Below are positions 54,481-64,000 of a stretch of 64,000 bases of DNA, piece by piece; the stretch's first letter is position 1, and every line of letters starts with the position of its first letter. Source of the stretch: Polyangiales bacterium (lineage in GTDB: Bacteria > Myxococcota_A > Polyangia > Polyangiales > Ga0077539); the NCBI GenBank assembly GCA_046351555.1, contig JAXLYI010000006.1, positions 186,284-250,283 on the forward strand, given 5' to 3'. Under the pieces are notes generated by a model that worked only from the letters and a program-made list of their open reading frames with translations, searched no databases and was not told the DNA's origin. The translations under genes were made by a program, and so were the position numbers.

Positions 54481-56226
54481 TCAGTGGCGGTTGTTCAGGC
54501 GCGCGATGAGCATCTGCGCCTCGAGGTGCATCACCGACTTGCTCTCCTGGCCCTCCTCGGCGTCCATGATCGCGCGGAGACGCGTCACGCACTCCTGGCA
54601 CCCGTGCGGCGAGAGCGAGTCGATCGCGGTGTTGATCGAGCGGCGCACGATCATGTCGGGGATGTCGGCCCGCGCCAGCAGCGCGTTGCGGGCCTCGACG
54701 TTCTCCCCGCCCGTCCACGCGATCATGTACGCGGCCTTGCGGATGACGTTCTTGTCCTGGTCCTGGAGCTTCTGCTGGTAGCAGGCGATCTGCCCGTCCT
54801 CGCAGTCGTGCGCCACCGCCGCCACGGCGCGGATCGCCGTGAGCTGCGTGAGCACGGGGCGGATCTCCGACTCGCCGTCGGGGTTGGCCTGGATGAGACC
54901 GTCGAGCTGCTGCTGGGCCGCGGTGGCGAGGCGGTCGAAGCCGTCGAAGTCCGCGTGGCGCACGGCGCTCGCCAGCGGCATGAGCAGCGACATGCGGAAG
55001 GCCACCGCGTCGGGCGCGGCGATCTCCCGCGCCGAGATGCGGCGCATCAGCACGCCCGGGGCGCGCGGGTCACCGAGCACGACCAGGGCGGGCGCCACCG
55101 AGGGGGCCATGTCCTCGGGCGTCCCCGGGGCGGCCTCGTTGAGCACGGTGACCAGCGCGTCGAACACAGTGGCGCGCCGCGCGTCGTCGCGCGGGAGCCC
55201 GAGGGCGGTGTAGGCCACCGTCTCGGCCGCGGCGGCGCGGACGTTGGCGGGCTCCTGGCGGTTGCGCACGAGGCCGAGCAGCACGTCGATGGCGCGCGGG
55301 TCGGCGAAGTTGCGCAGCACATCGATCGCCTGCGACTTCATGAAGCCCGGCGGCATCGCGGGCATGCCCGGCTCGGTCTCGTACGAGCGGAGCAGGTCGT
55401 TGACGAGGACGTTCTCCCCCGAGATGGTGGCCATCAGGCGCGGCACGGCGGCGTCGGGGCCGAGCAGCACGAGGGCGCGCGCGCAGTTGTTGAAGGCGTT
55501 GGCGCGCGACGAGCCCGAGCGGATGTTGAGGTAGAGCCCGTACACCAGCGCGTCGGCCGCGGCGGGGTCGCCGATCTGCCCGAGCGCGTCGGCGGTGGCG
55601 CGCGCCGTGCGGATCTCCTGGTCGCGGATCGGGCGCTGGAGGAGGCGCTTGAGCGTGTCGACCGCCGAGCGGTCTTTGATGGCGCCGAGGGCGTAGACCA
55701 CCTGCTCGCGGATGGCGGGGCTGTTGCCCGAGTTGGCGCTGGCGCGGTCGATGGCGCCGAGGAGGCCCTGCACGGCCGCGGGGGTGGTGGGGTGCAGCTC
55801 GCGGAGCGCCTGCGCGGCCTGGAGCGCGACGCGCTCGGAGTCGGTGTTGCCGACGTGGAAGTTGAGCGCGCTCAGCAGCGCCGGCACCGCGCGCGGGTCG
55901 TGCGCGCCGGCGAGGATGTCGATCGCCTCCTTGCGGGTGGAGACCTCCTCGGGGTGCGCGATGAAGGACTCGGCCACGGCGGGCAGCGCCGCGTCGAGGA
56001 AGGACTTCACGGCCGGGTCGGCGACGTTGTTGGGCGGCCGCGTCATCGACAGCCGCGACTGGAAGAGCTCGCGGAGCTTGCGCATCGCGGCGGGCCGGCG
56101 GTTGTCGGCGTTGAGCTTCTTGACGTGGGTGGCCGGGTCGTTCTCGTCGTCGCAGCCGACCGCGGCGGCGCTCAGCGAGAGGCACGCGAGCAGCGCGAGC
56201 CGCGGGAAGAGTCTGTGGGTACGCAT
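54481..56226 (-). CDS. HEAT-repeat lipoprotein
   Basis: Lipobox AAAVGCD. Repeated ..DPRA...LL.AL HEAT/PBS-lyase-like units. Confidence 0.7.
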   Translation of the reverse strand: MRTHRLFPRLALLACLSLSAAAVGCDDENDPATHVKKLNADNRRPAAMRKLRELFQSRLSMTRPPNNVADPAVKSFLDAALPAVAESFIAHPEEVSTRKEAIDILAGAHDPRAVPALLSALNFHVGNTDSERVALQAAQALRELHPTTPAAVQGLLGAIDRASANSGNSPAIREQVVYALGAIKDRSAVDTLKRLLQRPIRDQEIRTARATADALGQIGDPAAADALVYGLYLNIRSGSSRANAFNNCARALVLLGPDAAVPRLMATISGENVLVNDLLRSYETEPGMPAMPPGFMKSQAIDVLRNFADPRAIDVLLGLVRNRQEPANVRAAAAETVAYTALGLPRDDARRATVFDALVTVLNEAAPGTPEDMAPSVAPALVVLGDPRAPGVLMRRISAREIAAPDAVAFRMSLLMPLASAVRHADFDGFDRLATAAQQQLDGLIQANPDGESEIRPVLTQLTAIRAVAAVAHDCEDGQIACYQQKLQDQDKNVIRKAAYMIAWTGGENVEARNALLARADIPDMIVRRSINTAIDSLSPHGCQECVTRLRAIMDAEEGQESKSVMHLEAQMLIARLNNRH

Positions 56227-56347
56227 CGCCGTCCTCGGGGGGTGGTGGGTCGCGCGGAGGGGGGTGGCGCCCGCTTCAGGGCAGTGCCGCTCCGCCCGGG
56301 CGCGACCCCGGAGGGTAGTCGTCCGCGCGACGCGATGGCAAGCGCCA

Positions 56348-57055
56348 TCAGCGCGCGACGCCGGCGAGCGCGAGGGCCGTGGCGACGCCGAGGGCGCCGA
56401 GCTCGATCCGCGGCGCGGCGGCGGCCGGGATGCGCGCGCGGAGCCTCGCGCCGATCGCGTTGCCCGCGAGGATGGCGACCGTGAGGGCGCCGGCGAGCCC
56501 GAGGGTGCGCGCGCTCACCATCCCGCCGGCGGAGTAGGCCGCGAGGCGCCCGAGGTGCATCGCCACCGCGCCCACCGCGACCGTGGAGACGTAGCCCTCG
56601 CCGGTGAGCCCGGCGGAGAGCATCAGCGGCGAGACGAGCAGCCCCGCGCCGCCCGACGTGGCGGAGATCGCGCCGATGCCGGCCGCCGCGGGCGCCATCA
56701 CCGCGGGCGACGGGCGCCAGCGCCACCACCCGAAGTGCCGCGCGACGGCGAGGCCGGCCATCGTCACCATCAGCGCTTGCATCGCCCAGGCGGGGAGCAC
56801 CACCGCGGCGAGGCCCCCGGCGAGGCTGCCGGGCAGCGCGCCCGCGACGAAGGCCCGCGCGACCGCGCGGTCGACGCTCGCGCGGTAGAGGAAGGCGCGG
56901 TGGAGGTTGCCGACGAGCAGCGCCGGCGCGGTGATCGCGAGCGCCTCGCGCGGCCCGACCGCGAGTGAGAGCGCGACCTGGAGGAGGATGCCGCCGCCGA
57001 GGCCGGCGATGGTCGTGAGGATCCCCGCGAGGACCCCGAGCGGGATCAGCGCCAT
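56348..57055 (-). CDS. TauE/SafE (TSUP, DUF81) family membrane transporter
   Basis: Polytopic. Repeated GxGGG motifs (GLGGGILL, SGGAGLL). Confidence 0.75.
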   Translation of the reverse strand: MALIPLGVLAGILTTIAGLGGGILLQVALSLAVGPREALAITAPALLVGNLHRAFLYRASVDRAVARAFVAGALPGSLAGGLAAVVLPAWAMQALMVTMAGLAVARHFGWWRWRPSPAVMAPAAAGIGAISATSGGAGLLVSPLMLSAGLTGEGYVSTVAVGAVAMHLGRLAAYSAGGMVSARTLGLAGALTVAILAGNAIGARLRARIPAAAAPRIELGALGVATALALAGVAR

Positions 57056-57140
57056 GAGCGCCACCGTGTTCCTTTCACGGGGCATTCTTTGGGTCCTCGT
57101 GGGCCATCGGGCCAATCGATTCGATGCGCGGTTGTGATAG

Positions 57141-58010
57141 ATGGCGTTTATGGTCGACGAGCTGCGGCACTTCCTGCTGGTGGTGGAGCACGGGACGTTC
57201 ACCGAGGCGGCGCGGCGGGCGCGGCTGACGCAGCCGGCGTTGAGCGCGTCGATCCGGCGGCTGGAGGATCGGCTCGGCGCGAAGCTCCTCGCGCGGGGGC
57301 GCGGCGGTGCGTCGCCGACGGCGTGCGGCGATGCGCTGGTGCCGCGCGCGCGGGCGGTGATGGCGGCGCTCTCGGAGGCCGAGCGGGCGGTGGCCGAGGT
57401 GGCGGGGCTGCAAGCGGGCGAGGTTCGCCTGGGCGCGGGGGCGACGGTGTGCACGTACCTCCTGCCGGGGTACATCAAGCGCTTCCGCGAGGCGCACCCT
57501 GCGATTCGGGTGCGACTGCGCGAGGGGCTGCGCGAGGCGCTGCTCGACGCGGTGCGGGGCGGGGAGGTCGACCTCGCGGTGGTGCCCGGTGGTGGGGGAG
57601 AGTTCTGGCGGGACGACGCGCTGGTGCTGGTGGCGGCGCCGGGGCTGAAGGCGAAGGGGGCGCCGTTCGTGACCTTCCCGCGCGGGGCCTCGACGCGGGA
57701 GCTGCTCGACCGGCACTTCCCGGAGGCCGAGGTGGTGATGGAGCTCTCGAGCATCGCGGCGGTGAAGGGCCACGTGCGGGCGGGCGTCGGGGTGGCGCTG
57801 CTCTCGCGCTTCGCGGTGGAGAGCGACCTCGCGCAGGGCCGGCTGGTGGAGGTGGCCCACCCGAAGACCCCCGTGGTCCGCACGCTCTCGCTGGCCCACC
57901 GCGGGGTCGAGCGCCTCCCGCCGGCCGCCGCGGCCCTGCGCCTGCTCCTCCTCCGCGACCGCGACCCGCGCCGACTCAAGGAACGCGCCCCTCCCTCCGT
58001 TGTCCGATGA
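57141..58010 (+). CDS. LysR-family transcriptional regulator
   Basis: N-terminal HTH LRHFLLVVEHGTFTEAARRARLTQPALSASIRRLE. Divergent from the TauE gene. Confidence 0.9.
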   Translation: MAFMVDELRHFLLVVEHGTFTEAARRARLTQPALSASIRRLEDRLGAKLLARGRGGASPTACGDALVPRARAVMAALSEAERAVAEVAGLQAGEVRLGAGATVCTYLLPGYIKRFREAHPAIRVRLREGLREALLDAVRGGEVDLAVVPGGGGEFWRDDALVLVAAPGLKAKGAPFVTFPRGASTRELLDRHFPEAEVVMELSSIAAVKGHVRAGVGVALLSRFAVESDLAQGRLVEVAHPKTPVVRTLSLAHRGVERLPPAAAALRLLLLRDRDPRRLKERAPPSVVR

Positions 58011-58100
58011 CTTTTGCAGGGTTTCGCGCCCCCCGCGGACGCGTTATCCTCCCCGGGAGGGCGCCGGGCGCACCTCCTCCCAACGAAGCGGAGAGCATCG

Positions 58101-58772
58101 ATGTCCAACACGATCACGAACGCAGACGACCTCCCCGCCCCGCCGCCGCCGGGCACCGCGGACGTCGTCGACGAGATGATGGCCGACCTGCCGGCCCCGC
58201 CGCGCGCGCGCCGCCGGGTGCTCGGCGCCCTCCTCTCCGCCGTCTCGGCGATGTCCCTCTTCCTGGCCTTCCAGTTTCGCGACGACGTCGCCTACGCGAT
58301 GGCCTCGTCGCAGCCGGTCGACCTCGGCGCGGGCGTCTCCGCGCAGCCGGCGCTCGCGGGGTCCAACCGCCTCGTGACGCTGCGCGCGGCGCCCTCGATG
58401 GCGGGCGCGGTCAACTACTCGCGCTGGATCTTCCCGGGGCAGCACCTGGTGTTCCCCGTGGCGGGGCGCGAGGGGCGCGAGGCGGTGTACGTGCAGGTGT
58501 CGCAGGACGCCGCGGGGGTCGAGGCGCTGCGGCGCGGGGAGTTCCAGGGGCGGCTGATCCCCTTCCGCGCGGCGGGCGGGCGCTACGCGGGGGTGGGCGC
58601 GTTCGTGCGGGGCCACCTCGACGGGCGCGTCAGCGGCAACACCTGGCTCCTGGTCGACGGCGCCACGCCCCGCTCGGTGGTGTGGGCGCCGTTCCTGGTG
58701 ACCTTCCTCGCCGCCCTCGCCCTGTCCAACGTCGCCCTCCTCGGGCGCCTGCTCCGGCCCGCGAAGGACTGA
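58101..58772 (+). CDS. Hypothetical membrane protein
   Basis: Coherent ORF with a TM helix (LGALLSAVSAMSLFLAF) and a C-terminal TM. Confidence 0.45.
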   Translation: MSNTITNADDLPAPPPPGTADVVDEMMADLPAPPRARRRVLGALLSAVSAMSLFLAFQFRDDVAYAMASSQPVDLGAGVSAQPALAGSNRLVTLRAAPSMAGAVNYSRWIFPGQHLVFPVAGREGREAVYVQVSQDAAGVEALRRGEFQGRLIPFRAAGGRYAGVGAFVRGHLDGRVSGNTWLLVDGATPRSVVWAPFLVTFLAALALSNVALLGRLLRPAKD

Positions 58773-58830
58773 CGGAGCATATCCCCCTCCGCCGGGCGCC
58801 CCGTCGAGCGCCCGGCGTCGCGATCCCCCT

Positions 58831-60996
58831 TCAGAACCAGTGCTTGTAGAAGTGGGCCCACGCCACGAGCGAGGCGCCCGCGACGATCAGCAGCAGGAAG
58901 AACACCCCGCCCCCGCCGCCCTCGTCCTCGGCCTCGGGGAGCGCGTCGGTCACGTCCATCGTCGCGCCCTTCGGCAGGTCGGGCGTGTACGCGAACACCT
59001 TGGCGATGCGCGCGGTGACCTTGGTGTGCACGTTGACGGCCCACCCGTTGGCCTCGAGCAGCACGCTCATGTCGCGGCGCCGCAGCTTGAGCCACGCGGT
59101 GAAGGCCGAGAGCGCGAGCACCGCGGCCACCACCCCGAGGATCGCCGCCCAGCCCGAGAGGCTGGTGAGCATGTTGACGAGGCCCGCGAGCACCGCGCCC
59201 AATCCGGCGAGGGCCACGCCGCCGCCGACGACGAGGGCGTTGATGTTGAGCCCCTCCGACGCGGGCGCCGCGGCCGCGGGCGCCGCTCCGGCCGCGGGCG
59301 CGGCGGGCGGGGGCTGGCGGGCGCGCTCGGCGGCCTCCTCGGCGTTGCGCTGCGCGGTCGTCGCGGCCTCCTCGGTCTTGTCGGAGAGGGCCTTCTGCTG
59401 CGCCTCGCTCGCGGAGTCGACCCACGACTCGAACTTCTCGTTGAGGAAGGCCCACGCGCGGCGGAAGGGCGCGTACATCGCCTCGCGGACGGAGATGGGG
59501 TTCTCGACGATCTCCTCGATCTGCGCGTCCCACTCCTTGCCTTCGCGGTCGTAGAAGACGCCGCGCTTGCCGGGGCGGAGGCGGCCCTTCTCGCCACCGG
59601 TGACGGGCGCCACCACCTCGAAGGTCGCGCCGCCCGCCTCCTTCTCCATGATCTTCGCGTAGACGAGGAAGATGAGGCTCTCGGAGGCGACGGCCTTGTG
59701 GGCCGCGCGGTCGTGCACCTGGACGCAGAAGTCCAGGCGCCGGCCGTCGATGACGAGCGAGCCCATCTCGACGAGCGCCGTCTCCGAGGGGCGGTAGATC
59801 GCGGAGAAATTGACGAAGTTGTTGGCGAGCTCGACGAGCCAGCGCACGTAGAGGAGCAGCTTCTCGAGGTTGTCGACCTCGGCGAGCTCGGGCGCGGCGG
59901 CCTTGTCGAGCTCGACGTAGTGCGCGACGCGCCCCGGGAGCGGGCCGTCGAGGTAGGCCGCGAGCTTGTCGGCGACGGGGTCGAAGGGCTCGGCGGGCTT
60001 CGACGACTCGTAGGCGCGCCAGGCGTCGAAGGTGCCCTTCGCCTTGCGCCACGCGTCGCGGGTGAGCTCCCTCACGTCGCCGCCGAGGGCGCGGCCGAGC
60101 ACCTTCGCGCGCAGGTCGGCGAAGTCGGCGGCGTAGAGGCTGTTGACGGCGGCGTTGAGGTCGAGCACGCCGCGGGCGTTGGGGGCCGCGAGGGGCGAGG
60201 CCTTGAGGTAGGCCTCGATGGCCGCGGCGTCCTTCGCGCGGAGGGCGCGGACCTCGTCCTCCTTGAGCTTGAGGGTCGCCTCGGCGGGCGCCTCCTGGCG
60301 CAGGAGGTCGCAGTGGAGGAAGTACTCCTCGAGCTTCGCGTCGAGCTTCGCGCAGAGGGCCGACGCGCCGGCGGTGTCGTCGCCCCACGCGGCGGCGGCC
60401 TTCGCCTTGCCCTTCCAGTCGAGGTACGCGCGCCCCTGGGCCTTGAACTTCTCGAGCAGCGCCGTGTCGACGCCGTCGCCGCCGCCGCGGTCCTTCACCG
60501 AGCCCACCACCGCGATCACGTCCTTGAGGAAGGCGGCGACCTCGGCCTCCGGCACCACGTCGGGCGGCACCACGCCGTCGCCGTTGGCGAGGAACTTCGA
60601 ATACCCGCCCTTGAACGCCCGCACGTCGGCGAGGGAGATCTTCGAAGCGTCCTCGGCCTTCTGCTCGCGGTCGACGCGCACGGCGGCGGCGCGGAGCTTC
60701 TCGTCCTTGATGGCGTCGAGCTTGATCGACTCGTGGCGGCCCTTCACCACCTCGCGGTCGGCGAGGCGCTCGAAGAGCCAGTCGCGGGCGCGGACGATCT
60801 GCGCGACGCGGACGCGGCCGGTCGACTCGGCGTCGACGTACTTCAGGAAGCCCTCGTCGCAGTGCAGGTCGGCGAGGGGCGCGCTGGTGGCGGCCCAGCG
60901 GGCGGGGTCGAGCGCGTCGATCTGCTCGAGGTCGGCGGCGCTCGCCACCACGAACTGGTGGATGCCGCCGAAGTTGCTGAAGCGCATCGATGCCAT
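58831..60996 (-). CDS. Large conserved-looking hypothetical protein with C-terminal multi-TM anchor
   Basis: About 720 aa with balanced K/E/D/A composition, no recognisable motifs, and three C-terminal TM helices. Confidence 0.5.
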   Translation of the reverse strand: MASMRFSNFGGIHQFVVASAADLEQIDALDPARWAATSAPLADLHCDEGFLKYVDAESTGRVRVAQIVRARDWLFERLADREVVKGRHESIKLDAIKDEKLRAAAVRVDREQKAEDASKISLADVRAFKGGYSKFLANGDGVVPPDVVPEAEVAAFLKDVIAVVGSVKDRGGGDGVDTALLEKFKAQGRAYLDWKGKAKAAAAWGDDTAGASALCAKLDAKLEEYFLHCDLLRQEAPAEATLKLKEDEVRALRAKDAAAIEAYLKASPLAAPNARGVLDLNAAVNSLYAADFADLRAKVLGRALGGDVRELTRDAWRKAKGTFDAWRAYESSKPAEPFDPVADKLAAYLDGPLPGRVAHYVELDKAAAPELAEVDNLEKLLLYVRWLVELANNFVNFSAIYRPSETALVEMGSLVIDGRRLDFCVQVHDRAAHKAVASESLIFLVYAKIMEKEAGGATFEVVAPVTGGEKGRLRPGKRGVFYDREGKEWDAQIEEIVENPISVREAMYAPFRRAWAFLNEKFESWVDSASEAQQKALSDKTEEAATTAQRNAEEAAERARQPPPAAPAAGAAPAAAAPASEGLNINALVVGGGVALAGLGAVLAGLVNMLTSLSGWAAILGVVAAVLALSAFTAWLKLRRRDMSVLLEANGWAVNVHTKVTARIAKVFAYTPDLPKGATMDVTDALPEAEDEGGGGGVFFLLLIVAGASLVAWAHFYKHWF

Positions 60997-61060
60997 GGGG
61001 AGGACTCCTCTACGGGGTGAAGGGCGGGCGGGAGGCGGGGGAGGCGGGGCGCGGGGGCGC

Positions 61061-63566
61061 TCAGCGGAAGGTCTGGACGGCGCGGCCCCACGTCCAGGCG
61101 AGGCCGAGCGTGAGGTCGTGGGAGACGCCGAGCTCGTTGCCGCGCGCGAGGCGCATGAAGGTGTCGTACGTGATGGTGAAGTTGAGCGACTGGAAGATCG
61201 GCACCGCGAGGCGGGTGTTGCCGGTGAGCAGGAAGTCGCGGGCGGTGGGGCCCGGCTGCGCGTCGCTGAAGGCCTGGTTCACCTGCGCCTTGAGCTCGGC
61301 CTGCCACGTCACCGAGCGGCCGCGGAAGGTGAAGAGGGAGTAGGGCAGGAGCTTCACCTCGCCGACGAAGACGTAGGTGGGGTCGGCGTCGCCGAGGAGC
61401 TCCTGCCACTCGACGCCGGCGCCGAGGCGCCAGGAGAAGAAGCTGTTGAGCGTGAAGGCGAGGCCGAGCGTCGGCTGGACGCGGAGGTGGTGGGGGTTGG
61501 CGGCGTCGGGCACCGTGGCCGAGCGCGGGAGGCGGTCGAACTCGGTCTCCACCAGGAGCTTCACGTCGGGCGCCGGCAGGTACCAGTGCGGCGTCGAGGC
61601 GAAGCCCGTGTAGCGGAAGTTGGAGTTGAGCTCGATGATGTCGAGGTTCTCGTTGAAGTCGCCGCCGCCGACGCTGGCGCGGCCGTAGCGCGCGCGGAGG
61701 TCGTTGAGCCAGGCCCAGTTGGGGTTGTTGGCGTTGGCGTAGACGCGCGCGTCGCCGCGCAGCGCCATCGTGTCGCTGCGCGAGAGCTGCGGGTTGCTGT
61801 AGGGCGCGATAGAGGTGCCGTCGATCCGCCCGCCGGCCGGGTTGGCGCTGTTGACGAGCTGGAAGCCGAGGTCGAGCGAGGCGTTGAACGTCCAGCGCGT
61901 CCGCCGCGCCGGGTCGACCGGGATCTGCGTGATGTCGCCCTCGTGCGGCCGGTCGAGCCACGCGGTGATGAACTCCCGCGGCCCCTGCGAGCCGTACACC
62001 TCGAGCTCGACGCCGTCGGTGGCCCCGATCCCGCCCTCGCCGCCGTCGTACACGAAGCCCGTGGTCACCACCCGGTACATCGTGTCGGGCTCCACCGCGC
62101 GGCCGTTGATCTTCACCCCGCCGTCGGTGGTGATGCCGCGGAGGATGAAGCGCCCCGCGCGGGGCGAGGTGGCGAGGTCGGCGAGCACCGAGCCCTTCAC
62201 CCGGCCGACGTAGATCCGGTCGTCGAAGGGAAGCGCCGAGGCCATGTGCAGCGCCGTGAGCCCGCCGTTGAGCGGGAAGATCTCGCGGCCCTGGACGGCG
62301 CCGCGGTTCATGATCGCGACCTCCGTCTCCGTTTCGTCGCGCATCACGTTGAGCAGGAACTCCGCGAACGCGTCGCGCTCGAGCGGCGCCGTCAGCCGGC
62401 CGCCGCGGAGGGGCGTGTTCTGCGTCGAGCAGAGCCAGTCGTGCGTGCCCGTGGTGAGCGCGCCCACCTCGGCCGGCGCCGCGCCCTGGCGAGCCTCGCG
62501 CGCGAGCCGCGGGCCGCCGAGCTCCACCGCCACGCCGCGGCCGGCGCGCGTCATCACCACCGGCACCCCGCTGCGCGACGCCTCCATCGAGGAGATGAAA
62601 TCGCTCGCGCCGTTGACCAGCATCAGGTCGGGGCGCGCCTCCTCCGGCAGGTCGCGCGCGACCGAGAGCGCCGTGTCCTCCGCGCTCGGGCCGTCGGGGT
62701 CGTGGGCCACCACCACCCAGCGCGCGCCCGCCGCGCGGGCCGCCGCCACGCCGCGCGCGATCGCCTCGGCCACCGGCTGGAGCGTCACGCCCGCCGCCCG
62801 GTCGTGCGCGATGTAGCGCAGCGTGCTGGGCCCGAGCACCGCGAGGTAGGCCACGCGGCCCTGCGGCGTGTCGAGCACCAGGGGCGCGTCGCCGGCGTCG
62901 ACCAACGCGTCGCAGAGCGCGCTCGCCGCGCCCTCGCACGCGAGGTTGGTGGCCACGTAGGGGATGCTCCGCGCGCGCATCGCGGCGGCCACGGCGACGA
63001 GCTGGTCGCGCGGCATCGCGAGGTCGCGGTGGCCGAGGGCGGTGGCGCGGATGCCCATCGCCGACGCGGCCGAGGCGAGCGCGGCGGCGTCGTGCGTCGC
63101 GGCGAAGCGGCCCATCGCCGAGGAGCCCACGAAGTCGCCGGTGTCGAGCACGAGGCGCGCCCTGCTCGCCCGCGAGGTCGGCGGCGAGCGCGGCCACCGC
63201 GGGGGCCGGCGCGCCGTCGCCGCACGCGGCCGACGCCACGCGGCCGTTGAGCTCGGCCGACACCGCGAGCCGGAGCGTCGCGCCCGACGCCGCGGGCTGC
63301 GCGGCCACCGCGGCCGCCGCCCCCTGCGCGACCGCCGCAGCCGCAGGCGCCGTGGTCGTCGCCGCGGGGGCCGCGGGCTGGGCCGCGGGCGCGGCGGGTT
63401 GCGCAGCGGGGGCCGCGGGCTGCGCGGCGGGGCGGGCGGGCTGGGCTGCGGGGCGGGCGGGCTGGGCGGGGCGCGCGGGCTGCTGCTGCGCCTGCGCTGC
63501 GACGCCGAAGGTGAGCCCGGTGAGGGTGAAGGCGAGGCCGCGGAGCGCGGACGGGGAGGTCTTCAT
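61061..63566 (-). pseudogene. Degenerate 5'-nucleotidase/metallophosphoesterase-like domain fused to an outer-membrane beta-barrel, with an apparent 1-nt frameshift near 63155-63165
   Basis: An upstream frame encodes a signal peptide, PAAQ repeats and TLRLAVSAELNGRV (aligning with the 5'-NT motif LTILHTNDHHGRL). A downstream frame continues LVLDTGDFVGSS...GHRD... and ends in a beta-barrel with an aromatic C-terminus (...TWGRAVQTFR). The two frames are offset by one base at a GCGCGCC run. Confidence 0.5.
63285..63500 (-). repeat. In-frame GC-rich tandem repeat encoding (PAAQPAR)n
   Basis: Seen directly at the 5' end of gene 61061-63566. Confidence 0.55.
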
Positions 63567-63709
63567 GAGCGAAACACCCTTCGTGCGAGAAGTTTCGGCG
63601 CGCGCGTCGCACCCGACGCGCGTTACGCGAAGCCTCTAAGCCATCGGAATCCTTCCTTTCAAGAGGAAATCCCGATGCTCCCGCGAGGGTCTTTCGATTT
63701 TCAGCAGGG

Positions 63710-64000
63710 CTACAACGAGGGGTCGTCGAACATGTAGGCCGGCAGCAGCGGCGAGGGGGTGCCGGTGGAGACGACCCAGAGCTGGTGGGCGGCGCGCGTG
63801 GCGCCGATGTGCAGGAGGTGCCGGGACTCGTCGTCGGCGGGGTACTGCGAGGCGGTGACGTCGACGAGGATCACGTAGTCGAACTCGAGGCCCTTCACCT
63901 GGCGGACGTCGGTGACCTCGACGCCGGGGCGGAAGCAGAAGTCCTGGTCGCGCACGCGCGAGAGGCGGGGGATCTCGGCGCGCTCGAGGCCGTGGAAGTA
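63710..64000 (-). CDS. UvrD/Rep-like helicase, C-terminal end (gene continues beyond the window)
   Basis: ...VKGLEFDYVILVDV...HLLHIGATRAAHQLWVV matches the UvrD_C helicase C-terminus. The ORF is open to the window edge. Confidence 0.55.
   Translation of the reverse strand, partial: YFHGLERAEIPRLSRVRDQDFCFRPGVEVTDVRQVKGLEFDYVILVDVTASQYPADDESRHLLHIGATRAAHQLWVVSTGTPSPLLPAYMFDDPSL

Overview
This is a 64 kb window of about 72-74% GC chromosomal DNA. Gene content is typical of a myxobacterium (Myxococcota). The window encodes five Ser/Thr protein kinases plus one pseudokinase, three sigma-54 enhancer-binding proteins, a protein ending in a probable MYXO-CTERM sorting tail, a protein with MopE-type Cys-rich 'putative metal-binding' repeats, a PEGA-domain protein, and many lipoproteins. 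The high GC content produces long spurious antisense ORFs throughout the ORF track. I called genes only where the protein sequence is recognisable or compositionally coherent. About 50 CDSs are supported, with no rRNA, tRNA, CRISPR, IS element or prophage. Housekeeping genes include thiC (partial), ribA, xth, a quinone oxidoreductase, ybgC with a TonB-like gene, TauE/LysR, and TetR. The most striking gene is a full-length bacterial homolog of the eukaryotic major vault protein (MVP, about 913 aa) at 30629-33373. It is read divergently from a coiled-coil Ser/Thr kinase and followed by a vWA lipoprotein. Other points worth a second look are listed below.
- A tandem pair of Cys-rich lipoproteins with C2-like C-terminal domains.
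- A translationally coupled operon: histidine kinase, NtrC-like regulator, CheY, Hpt, Ser/Thr kinase, pseudokinase.
- Two Ser/Thr kinase paralogs with near-identical nucleotide blocks and shared 'IVIE' C-termini.
- An orphan FliN/SpoA-domain gene overlapping an outer-membrane beta-barrel gene.
- A RelA/SpoT-synthetase-like gene.
- Two genes apparently frameshifted in homopolymer/GC runs: a SUKH/SMI1 gene next to a Uma2 nuclease, and a degenerate 5'-nucleotidase fused to an outer-membrane barrel.
- Several in-frame near-perfect tandem nucleotide repeats encoding Asp/Pro/Ala-rich linkers.
All functional calls are from reading the translated ORFs by eye. No database search was run.
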